DNA of 63,027 nucleotides, the filler included, from Choristocarpus tenellus KU-1152 (Eukaryota > Protista > Phaeophyceae), in NCBI GenBank assembly GCA_964200185.2. It is 12 parts of 12 records of this genome, joined end to end, with 100 filler letters (N's around TTAATTAATTAA, not from the genome) between each part and the next. Parts side by side here need not be neighbours in the genome. Positions count along the whole stretch, not along the records: positions 10,419 to 15,387 come from CAXNAD020012335.1; positions 15,488 to 24,295 come from CAXNAD020004309.1; 10 more parts are not named here. The stretch is one strand, 5' to 3'. Positions 13,401 to 24,295 of the stretch are shown here, one piece after another. The notes below the pieces were generated by a model. The model saw only the letters and a program-made list of their open reading frames with translations. It searched no databases and was not told the DNA's origin. Every line of letters starts with the position of its first letter. The stretch's first letter is position 1. A program made the translations under genes and the position numbers.

Positions 13401-15198
13401 CACAAGACGTAAGGTAGGGGTCAATTAATTCTTATTATTCTTTCGCAAAAAAGATGAGGTGCACCTTTTGTTATCAATTTTTTTTTGATAACAATACATT
13501 CTTCCCCCCACCCCCTCTCCCCACTTCACCTTGATATGTCCATGTCTGTGAGGTAGATCACCTCGTCCTCCAAAGGGATGTTGACAAGGTTGCCTGACAT
13601 ATTTTTAACTGCAATCTCTGATGCAGACGGTCTCCCATCTGCACGGCACCGAATTGCCTCTGCCCGGGCATTCAGATACCTTCCAGTACAATTTTCAAAG
13701 AGAGGTCCAGGTTTGGGATGGGGGAGGGTGAGGGAGGGAGTGAAGAGGTAGGGCCAAAGACAAAGGCTGCCTGTTGTTATGTATCCATGTGAGTTGAGTC
13801 CAGCAATCTTATGACTCAAATTGTTTAGTTGGCACCCGAGGGGTACATGGACACTTCTTTCCTATGTCAATCAATCACTATGATCCTCGCACTATATTGC
13901 CTTGGAAGGCATGCATTCATGCGGATGGGGGAAGGAGGGGCTTGGGGTAGGATCTCTCACCGAACATAATCACCAATCGTCATCGATGTCCAGGCATCCT
14001 CAGCTTTTGCCACTTCTACAAAGGCGTTCTTTGCTTCTTGCCACACAAACCTGCGCAGGGAATGGTACCTGCAGTGACAACATGTGGTCGCAAGGGTCTT
14101 GAATATTCTTGTATTTCTTCACAAAGATAAGAAAGGAGAACTTACAAGGATATAAAGCATGGCTAGACTTGATATCTCAGAATATTATTCATTTCCCACG
14201 CCCGACCGACCAACAGGTTGGGACAGTTGGGGATGGTATCGGATAACATTGAAGGTATGAAAGGAGAGATGTTTGCGGGGAAGGTCAATGCAATGCAGAA
14301 TTGCCCTTGATAAAAATATTTAAAGCATACGAAGCATACGCGATATGTTTTGCAACCTCGAACCCAAGGTTGGGCACACCCCAGCTATCTGCCGACTAAA
14401 CACCTATTTGTCCCAACAACCGACCCACATCAAATGACCACATCGCTCGGCCAAGTATGGAGTCGACCATAAGTGGGATTGAAGCCTGCTCGCCAGTCCA
14501 CGGATAATCACCGTCACATCTGGTTCTTCGAAACGTTCCAGCAGATACCTCTTGTCGACATCACTCACAACGCTTCAAACGAGTGACAATGCGAGGAAGG
14601 ACAACACAGTTGGGTGAGGGAGATAATGAAGTAGACATTGTTTCTATGTTGTATGGAAGCAGTAATGTCAACCGACACCACGAGGCTGACTCGAACTAAA
14701 ATGGATAGTGGTTCAGGACTCTCTACGCCCCGTTGTTGTGGCCAACCCATCGCTGAGGATACAATATCTCAACTACAAGTTGTACACAAATGGGTGTATC
14801 CAATAATCATAAACATGAGGCACCTATCCTTCGTGAGATCCACACGGACCACCTGCGACTCAGTGTCGAAAGTGTATGACGACCTAGAAATAGAAGGTGG
14901 CTTCGGAATGGGGCGGGGATTCGGCGGTGACGTGTCTTGATCATCCATTACCTCGACTCTTGTGTCGAGAACAGTTGATAGATACTGTATTATGATATGT
15001 TTTCTGAACATATTTTGATGGAAGCGGGGTTTGTACCACCAATGATATGGCGTCCTCGGTATCCAATGTTTTTGTTGTGAATGGTGCATTATGTACGAAT
15101 TGTGGATGTTCCAACCCATTTAACACCCGATTTCTTTTCAGGGAATTCCCCCTTATACGACCCACGTGATAAACCTCTGGACGAGGTTTAGTTTTCAT
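10449..15198 (-). CDS. JmjC-domain 2-oxoglutarate/Fe(II) dioxygenase (putative histone demethylase), partial. Exons 15198-15037, 14984-14824, 14572-14429, 14068-13961, 13679-13530, 11805-11662, 10764-10449
   Basis: Phase-compatible GT-AG splicing gives one ORF: ...SYTFDTESQVVRVDLTKDSVVSDVDKRYLLERFEEPDVTVIIRGLASRLQSHLWSTPYL...IYLTDMDISRYLPECAGDFARNFKLDLFPGGENCALQYVPTEGRPFMGPNLYITPPGSMTHFHQDGHGTVDSGHQCLTGRNRVIMLRRL... It has the HxD iron motif after GPNLYITPPG. The 3' end lies beyond the contig and the start codon is uncertain. Confidence 0.85.
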
Positions 15199-15521
15199 AT
15201 GGATTGGTAGGTGTGCAAAGTTTGAGGTGGTAATGTGTGATGACTATGAAGGACCACTAATGCAAGGTCGACAAAGTCTCATTTGATTGGGTTCAAATAC
15301 CTCATGAAACTGTCAAAGTGGGTGTTTATTGGGACACCTAGGACGAAGGCCCCCTATTGTTCGGGCGCTCGCTCATCCCGTCATTACNNNNNNNNNNNNN
15401 NNNNNNNNNNNNNNNNNNNNNNNNNNNNNNNTTAATTAATTAANNNNNNNNNNNNNNNNNNNNNNNNNNNNNNNNNNNNNNNNNNNNGGGGTGAGGGTCT
15501 CATTCTGAGGTCAATACGCAC

Positions 15522-16469
15522 CTTCTTCAACTGCTCGAAGGCATGACTTGCCCGATCTCTGGTCTTCTCCACAATGTGGTGCTCCTCATCCAAGTGTTTC
15601 GCTCTTTCCAATGTGGTCTTCAAACCCTGGGCAATCTGTCAAGAAGAAAGGGCGACAATAGGATTTAACAAAGCAGATAGTAGATAATGAAATATTGATG
15701 AACATTGTTTTGACTTGATGAGATGCACGCATATCACTGCACACACATCGTTCGAAGCTTACTAGTTCGATATGCTTGATAACTGCTCTCCAAGGACCCC
15801 CCCTCGACTTATATCTACTGGAAAATTTCTCAACCGGGATCCCCCCACTAGGTGATAACCTCCATATGCACATGCAGCTGGGATGTTATGAGACTTCACA
15901 TGAAGCAGAACTCCTTTCAGATATTTTCTTTGCAACAACCTATTTATTTCATGCCACAGTAGTGAACAACACTTAATAAAACAATACCACCTCATGATCA
16001 GGTGGGAAACAACCTTGTCCGTGAAGGCGTAGCGCTGGTTGACCTCATTTCCCCGCTCGAAGGCTGCCAAGGCCATCCTTCCCGATGATCTTGCCAATTC
16101 GCCGCCCTGTGCAGCACGTGGGGGGTTTGAGGAGTTCGGAAGGACGGTGGCAGATGGGAGGGAGGGAGGGACGATTGGGAGAGTGGCATATGAAGCACGA
16201 AGGGCAATCGCATATTGGCGTTATATGCTTCGCGCATTTAATCCACATGACACAGAGGACTGTAGAATTCAAGTGGAAATATTGCGAGCGTCCATCAAGC
16301 GAGATCTCACCGAATGCTCTCCTGTTGCAGCGAGTCCCATCGCCCCTAGCCCCAACCCCACACTAATCAAAGGGTTCTTGAATACCACCTGCCCAGCGGT
16401 AGCTCCAACCACACCTGCCCCTACCACAACTCCAAAAGGAGGATTTGGCTCCGTCGGTAACGATGACAT
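15522..16469 (-). CDS. Small Gly/Ala-rich hydrophobic-hairpin plus amphipathic-helix protein of unknown function, partial. Exons 16469-16311, 16106-16014, 15626-15522
   Basis: Three phase-0 GT-AG exons: MSSLPTEPNPPFGVVVGAGVVGATAGQVVFKNPLISVGLGLGAMGLAATGEHS|GGELARSSGRMALAAFERGNEVNQRYAFTDK|GLKTTLERAKHLDEEHHIVEKTRDRASHAFEQLKK. Confidence 0.7.
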
Positions 16470-16750
16470 CCCTGTGACGTGTAGAAGACAAGACGCTGCT
16501 ATAGATGGTTAAGATGGTTTGGTACTTCCAACTTTCAACTCTTGTTTGTCAAACAGGGAGAAAATCGGAGGGTTCGAAATTGCATTTCGAAACATCTAAG
16601 TAAGACAACACTAAGACTTGGGAGAGAAAGAGAAAGATAAGCCAGCATAGAAAAACATTACCAGGTCTGACTCAACTATTATCACCTTAGCGCGTGCCTC
16701 TGTACCTACTTGGGTGATTCGCCAGTGACGGATTTAATCTTCACTGTACC
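16470..16750. promoter_or_regulatory. Probable bidirectional promoter region
   Basis: 281 bp between divergent ATGs at 16469 (-) and 16751 (+). No specific motif identified. Confidence 0.5.
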
Positions 16751-19654
16751 ATGCAGGTGGGATTTGAGAGGGTGAAGGCTTAACAGGGAGGATTTCTCTA
16801 GGACTTGTCGCTCGTATGACTCTGAACTTAATGATCTTATAATGTAGATCGATGGCATCTATCGCTGCCACCACTTGCGTTCTCTGAAAGTTATTTTCAC
16901 TTTTGTTAAAGAACTTTGAATCTGAAGATTTATTGTCTCACTCCCTACTTCGGTCTTTTGGCTTCCCCCCCCCCCCTCTTCGCAGATCTGGATCAAGACA
17001 CTCACCGGACGAAAGGTGAGTTATCAATGGTTTATGTACATATATATGTATATATATATTTGACCCCAAATGCAAGATAGTTGACTGATGAATTCGACCT
17101 TTTTATTGGATTGACCACGCAACTTTCTATGCAGTCTGTAATTGGGTTGAGCGGTTTCCCCCCTCTTCTCTTATTACGGTGTTTTAATATTTTCTGATTG
17201 GTTTGGTTACGCTAGGTAGATCCTAGTTCAACTAATTTCATCTGACATCTAGTTGGCTGATCTGAACGTGTGCTGTGTTACAAGGAACATGCCATATCAA
17301 GTACTCACGGCTTAGGTGTGAATCCAACACTAGTCGAGAGGGGTCAACCCACTTTGACCACCTAAAACCCCATGAAATCAGCTGCAGCTGTTACCGCTAC
17401 AAATGTCGCCACCTTCATTGCGACCGTCACTATCATCAACACTTACACCACCACAAGAAGTGACAAGCCCACCTTGTTCAGCACGTCTCGCCCCCCCTCA
17501 TCAAACCCTATCACAGCAACAATACAACTTTGAACCCGACCACCTGGTCTCCATGGTGAAGCAGGCTTTGCAGGAGAAGGAGGGAATCCAGGTGTGACAT
17601 ATGTTTGTGGCTAGGAGTGTAAATGAGATAGATTATTCTGGACTGAAAGTGTCGATGTTACCACAACCTGTATGATCTGATTGAGTTCAAGAAGACACTT
17701 TGGTTGGTCCCCAACCCCTCTCCGCAGCACTATCCACTCCTGATGTAGCCACTGCATTTGTGTAGATTTTATGTTAGTTGTGCTGTGGGCGATCTCTGCT
17801 TGTGCAAAGGAACTAAGATTTTAAGGTTAGAAGGTCCCTATACTCCCCCCGACTTGCCCATCCTAGGGGGTGGGCAATCAAATTTTATGTTGAGAAGAGA
17901 AAGTGGATATAAGAATAGTAATAAATGCAGATCGAGGGAAGAAATCCTTTGCAGTGAAATTTGTACCTCTACCGCTGTGGATCAAGGTGCGCCTCCTGCT
18001 ATTCACTTGATTCTTAAATCTGCATCCCAAACACAAATCTGCTCTTACAAGTGTGCCCTGCCTTATGTCAACCACTTTTGACGGGTGCAGTGGTTACCCT
18101 TCCCCGGGTTATTGTTGCCCTTAGTACATTCAGTAATAATGATTCTTTTTCAGTTGTCCAAGGAACATCCTATCTTGGACATAGTGTGGAGACACTGCAC
18201 AAAAGCCATGTGAACCAGGAGTGAGGTGTTGCAGTTCCAACTGTGAAATGGTGAACGACATGTCATGAACCCTCTGCACCTCCTCCCTAGCCCCAGTCAC
18301 ATGCCTACATCCTGTTGCGGATGAGGGGTCGATTCAGGTTGATCCTGCATGTTCTGATCCCTACAAGTGTATTCTATGTAGGTTTGCTTTCCTTACAGTA
18401 CCATGTGGATTTTTTTTTTTTTGTTCTTGGCCTGTATGAGAAGGATGTCAGGGAAACAAAGCTCACTGGAAGCTATGCAATTTTGCTGAATTTAGTTATC
18501 ATCCACCAATTGGCGTTTTTACTGCTGCACCAAGTTATTGCTTGTGAGATGATGCTTCTCTTTCAACCACCCTCTAATCTTTGCGTTGTTCCTCTTGGGA
18601 GCAGTTTGTCGTGATTGGTCAGTGATTGAGTATGTAATTTTATTCTTTCAGGGTTTCCAAGAGAACTAAATCTTTTTCCAACTGTTTTCCAGTCGATATG
18701 TATATCTGATAAGTGTTTTGGAAGGGTTTTTGTTTTGTTTTGAGACTTGGTCTCTACCAACTTGGTGTACAGACTTTACTCGCCATTTGTGAGGAACCAA
18801 TCACGCCTGCTTTTTTTGCAAATAATTCGGATCATAAAACAATAGATGACCCTGGCATCCTTCCCATCACATCCCAGACTGCAATGTTGGTCTACTGAAG
18901 AACTTCTGAAAATATAAAATCAAAGTAGCATTACAGTAGAACAAAAAACATTGCACCATTTGACACAAGTGACAGAATAATATTTGGCAAGTGTGCTGTG
19001 GCCCTTGATATTCTGATGCAATGATCTGGTCTTGTCCGTGCAATTTGGTTCTATGTGTCTTGGGCTTCTCTACCTGCTTAGTAAGTTGAAATGCTGGATA
19101 TCTGGGAATCTTTAAGGTGTGTATGTAGTGGGCACACAGTATGACTTGACTCTTGCAACAAGACTGATTTTATCCTTAAGGTCCTGCTTTGAAATATCTG
19201 CAGTGCCTTGTTCGAGGTAAAGGACGTGCCACTCCTGCTTGATCACTCACTCGTGGCAACATTGTGTTGTTCTTTTGGCAACATCGCTGTACATCCATCA
19301 TCCACGATGTAGTGGAGATTGTATTCCGTTGCCCTACATGTGGCTGAGTGTTCTTCCATCTCACACCTCTTCCTTCTTTATACAGTCCTGTACCGATTTT
19401 GACAACGTGTGTTCCCAAGCTCCACAGTCCTCAATCGCAGGCAATATTCCCTGCTACAGACCCATTATTCTGACATTACACTCCCACTCCTCTTTTATTA
19501 TGCGTACTTATTTTGTCCTGTGATGAAGGTCGACCAGATACGACTAATCTACAGTGGCAAGCAATTGGCAGACGACCACACCCTCGCTGACTACAATGTT
19601 GGGGCTGGGGGCACCATCCACATGGTGCTTCAGCTGCGAGGGGGATCCTGCTAA
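16751..19654 (+). CDS. NEDD8: NEDD8/Rub1-like ubiquitin-like modifier, complete. Exons 16751-16756, 16986-17015, 17517-17591, 19529-19654
   Basis: Spliced product [78 protein letters not shown]: exactly 76 aa to the diglycine plus a 2-aa tail. RLIYSGKQ and EKEGI are NEDD8-type. All introns are GT-AG, phase 0. Confidence 0.88.
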
Positions 19655-22600
19655 AATGTGACTTGCTTATGGCGCTGTCTAGGCCCAGAGCTTGTGCAAA
19701 TGCCCTAGAGCCTGTTTGCGCAAATCCGCAGTGGTTTTGGTTCAATAGTAATAGACCATCTTCCCCCCACCCTCCCCCTTCCCACCCATTGTGGTGGATT
19801 TTTTTCTGTTGATGTTGGCGCTAAAAATTTTTGGTCACGGCCTGAGAACATGTTACTTTGTTACTAGACATGAGCACTCACTTTTAGAAAGTGAAATGGG
19901 AGGTGTGAAAGGGCTCAAGTTCCACTTGGATAGTAAAGCATTGGGAAGGTGTGTAGAAGGCATGATTAGTTTGTGGTCACGTTATCTGTACATGGGCCAG
20001 CAGGGTCCAGCGTACAGGTGAGCTTGAGCAATAGGAGAACTGGGAGCCATTCTACTCCATATTTTTCCCCTTTACCATCCATGTACTCCCTATTGTGGTG
20101 GAACTTACCAGGCTTCGTTTGGCGGGTCCTGCATTTGTTTAGCCTGCATTTAAAAGTTGATGCGCATGCCATACTGTCAATCCTTCAGAGGGAGGATGGA
20201 GAGGTGAATCCCTCAATCTCTCATGTGCACCTTAACCAAATAGAGTTGATCTCTTGCACCCCTACCCCATGCCCCATCTATTTGCTAGTCCCTGCTCTTA
20301 CGGAGGCTTGGACTTGAGTCTTCGTATTGACTGCTGCTGATGATGCTGCAGCTGCTGCGAATTATCCATTCTTTTATGTTTGTCTAGGGAGAACTGAATC
20401 TGCTGGGTGGAATCTGGCTTGGCGCCATTCATCCAGAGCGGTAGGATTCAGTACCCCTGTCTGGAAGAGGAAATTATGTGGATTGTCTGTCTCAGAAACA
20501 CAGGTCTAGGGCTTGTGGGTCAGTTGATGTAGCCATCTTCCATGCATCCAGTATAAACAGTGCAACATATAATATATATTGTGTTGTGACACTGTAGCAG
20601 ATAAATGTGTTTGGCAAGGCAAATGATGCCTAGGATGCCTGCCTTGCTTTATGATTTCTGCAGGGCTTAATGTGAGTGGACATGGCTAGGACCTAGTGGG
20701 AATGTAGTTTATCAGTAGAGTAGTATTGATTCTCTCCCACTTTTCACACTCTTGCTTTGGTGCAACCTTGAACAGTGCCTGGGAGACCACTGAGCAAGCA
20801 GCTGTACTACAGTGCATCTGTTGCTAATACCAGCATGCCGATGGAGCCTTGAGTTTGTTCACAATAGGAATGAGGCACATTTTCTTTGACAGAGTACCCT
20901 ATCATTTCTAGCGAGTGTGCTTATTGTACCCCAGGTGGTGCAGCCACACCTGTACTTTGCGATCCTTTTCTGTCACAATGCTGCTTCTCATGCAGATGTT
21001 TTGTATGTTTCTCGTCATATGTTCATTGGGATGCAGATTTCAAATCTCCAGCAGACAATTAAGGTGTTAGACATCAAAGCGATGAGAAATATGACAAGGA
21101 TCAAACGTGTCATTTCCATGTCAAAGAAGTAAAGTTAGCATATCTTGATTGAGTCTGCAGACAGATCTAAAGTATTTGCAGAAAGTCCATGTGAGCAAAG
21201 TTGATTGAAGGATGAAATATAATGTGATGTATCAACAACAGCATATCAAGGAATGTAAATCAAATAATATTTTAATAAGACAATAAGAGAGAGAGAGAGA
21301 GAAGTTTGTTGCTGTTTGTAATTACTACATCAACCGAATTTCCACAGATAAAGGCTGTCATGCTGTGCGATCTATCAAAGCTTCAGGTATGAGAGAGGGA
21401 ACCTCACAGAGAGTAGTGTTGTTTTCGTGCTATTAGTCGTACCTCACAAAAGAGAGATGTTGGGGTATTTCACCCCCTTTATTTACTTCATCGTTCACAC
21501 AACTACTACTACTACTACCATTTACTATGCTTCAAGAAGGTACTACTCTTCACAGAAGCATCAGCTCATTCTGCATGGATGGGCCTCTCTGAACGATCAA
21601 ACCTTTCCATCTGATGGTGGGGAATTTCTGTTGGTGAAAATTACTCAGTCGTCAGTGCAATCGAAATTGATTTTTTGATCTTCTTGGACTTGCTTTTATC
21701 ATGGTAATAGCTCCCCTACCTGCTACAGAGCATGTTTTGAAGTATCTAACCTTGGCTCTCAACATGACATACAAAAGTTAACTTTGCAATATCACATTCA
21801 TGAAAAGTGCACTTCGATGCATGATGTCGTTAGTGTGTACGAAACAATGCGTTACTGGTTGGAAGGCAAACAATGATATTTTCTTTTAGTAGTAGTAGTA
21901 GTAGTAATATCTACTCGATTGCACTTAGAGAGTGGTGGTACCGAATGTATGAGGTGTGGTAATTCACATTTCTGAGGTCGATGAAAAAAAAAATGGTACT
22001 CCATTGTCATCAAGTCTATTTTGGTGTTTTAACTAGTGGTGCGTAGTAAGTACTATTGTATACTCCATGATTTACTGTTGGTACAACGCTTTTCTGGTGA
22101 AATTTTTGAGATCACAGGATTCACGCATTTCTTCATGTGGTAATGACGAGAGGATGTTGTTCATCTTTGTTCCAGTTCATAATTTAGAAAAATAAACTAA
22201 AATTACACTGTGTTAAGGAATAAAAGGGGGAGATTTGAGGCAAATCAAAATTGACCCGCTAGACAATACACACAAACACACAAGGAAATACTTTGCCTGA
22301 AGCATTGACAAGAACTAAGTTTAACAAAACTTCTCTCACTTGGAACTACAAGAAAGATAAGGAAAGCCCCAAGTAACGTAAAACTAGTCAACTACCAACT
22401 TCAACAGTCAAAAGAGAAGAAGACTGCATCTACTTGCTGAATATCTGGCAAATCATAGCTAAATACAGAGCACGCATACTATCCAATCAAGTTTTTGAAG
22501 GGACAAAAAATGATGGGAGAAGAGGGGAAGAAACTTATTTGACCCACAACGTTGAAACTTGAACCCACCACGCAAGTCAAATCCACCCACCACAATACAC

Positions 22601-22749
22601 ACACAGACGAGGGACAACTGGAGTGTGATGGTACCCCCCCCTTGTCCAACACACTCAATGTGATGATAGAAAACAGAATCTTTCACAATCCAACCTCAGC
22701 AACCCGACCTCACTAAACTACAGCTGTGCAAAACACTATAAAGTAGTCC

Positions 22750-23850
22750 GGCACATGCGTTTTTCTTCTTTTGGTTCACACTATCATACCTATCTCCGCA
22801 ACTCATCATAAAGTGATCACTACTTCTAATATGAGATCATCCTCATCCAACCTCTTTTTTCTCCTCACTACCAGACTACCAATTATCATCAACATGGTGA
22901 ATCTGATATTCATCCATGTAACTCCTTGTCTTGCATTTTGTCTTCGTAAGCCTCTCCGTAAGAATTACCACCCCAAGGTGCAACAAAGCTACAAAAAGGG
23001 GTATAAACGATATGTACTGTACCTGGGTATGTCACATTGCTCGATCAACGCAATCTCCTCAACCAATACCGTAGCTACATACACACAACTATTACTCTAA
23101 CAAACCACTAGTCAAGACCCCCCTTGGTACACTGATACCTTTATTGTACACAAGCAAACCCCATGCGTGAGTCTCTCTACTCATCATCCAACAAAAACAT
23201 CCACAAGTAGTCACCGAGGATGCAACCAATCAAACACAAAAGTATGGAGCTTAGATAAGGAATAGGCCTCACTCAAGGTGGGAGGATGAGGTACACATCA
23301 AAGAGTGGATCTGCAACCACACTCAAGCAGCAAAAATAACCCGAAAACCTGTCACTTCCCCACCGAACAGGACTACCTTCCACCCTCTCTTCTCGTCCCA
23401 ACAAGAATCTCTCCACAAATGGGATTGATCATATGTTTACATGAATAAAAATCGTAACTAGTTGCTATAACGTACAAAATTTCAAAAACCCTTCTGTTCA
23501 GCTGTGCAGTATTGTGGACTGACTGCAAACTGCAATTTGTCTCCTCTACTTCACACCTCTGGAGAAAATATCAAACAACAAACGTTTGGGACACTTTTGT
23601 AGAGAGAAAAACAAACATGCAAAAATATCCTTGTACAGAATGCAGATGAAACCTGCACTGGTTAGGGACAGCCAACACACCTCCCTCAAATATGGATCTT
23701 GCCCACATCAACAACACACAAGACAACCCCTGCAACGATACCTCCATTCTCTAAAACACACCCACTCTTATCCCTCCTTCTACATAAATAAAGCCTCCAA
23801 CGTGGAGCATGCTCGTGGTAGAAAGGCGCAAGTAATCTCAAAACTACTAC
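22750..23850 (+). mobile_element. Highly decayed Penelope-like retroelement (RT C-terminus plus GIY-YIG remnants)
   Basis: Frameshifted remnants in the expected order: KRYVLY (RYVDD-like), NLLNQYRSYIHTTITL (FLxxLNSxHxxIxFT-like), HKQT...STHHP (YRKxT...SxHP-like), KYPCTEC-DETCTG (YKIPCxxCxxxYIG-like). Many stops; boundaries approximate. Confidence 0.4.
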
Positions 23851-24220
23851 ATTAATAATAACTGCTTGAGAATCAACAAGAGAGGGGAGGGAGACGAGAG
23901 CAGCATTGCAAGGCTCTAGGTATTGATTGATCGATCAATCCACGGAATTGTGCTCATCCCGTGTTCCGCATCCCAGCAGCAATACCATTCATAGTAAGAA
24001 TAAGGGCATCCTGCAGCTTCTGCTCCTCCTGTTGAGATGAGAACTCTCCCGTACGGAGGCGCTGAAGAATGTGTGCCTTGAAAGACAAGCAAAAAACGTA
24101 ACAACTTGTGTGTAAGTGTTTCGTGTGTTGTGTATGTGTCTGTGGTCAAGTACATACTGTGCAATATAGACTGATAGTCTGTATGGTTTATACGCATTTA
24201 GTGAACACCACTAGACAACT

Positions 24221-24295
24221 GGAATGTTGGCTAAGTGGAACAAGTGGCATCGACTTCTGTTAGTGTGTGTGAAGTAATGAGTTCGAATCTCATAT
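24221..24295 (+). pseudogene. tRNA-like sequence (tRNA pseudogene or SINE head), cut by contig end
   Basis: A box TGGCTAAGTGG at 24228-24238 and a perfect T arm ATGAG-TTCGAAT-CTCAT at 24277-24293 with tRNA spacing. The anticodon arm does not pair. Confidence 0.5.

Noticed and set aside
16039-16512. 157-aa plus-strand ORF
   Set aside because: Antisense shadow of the spliced minus-strand gene.
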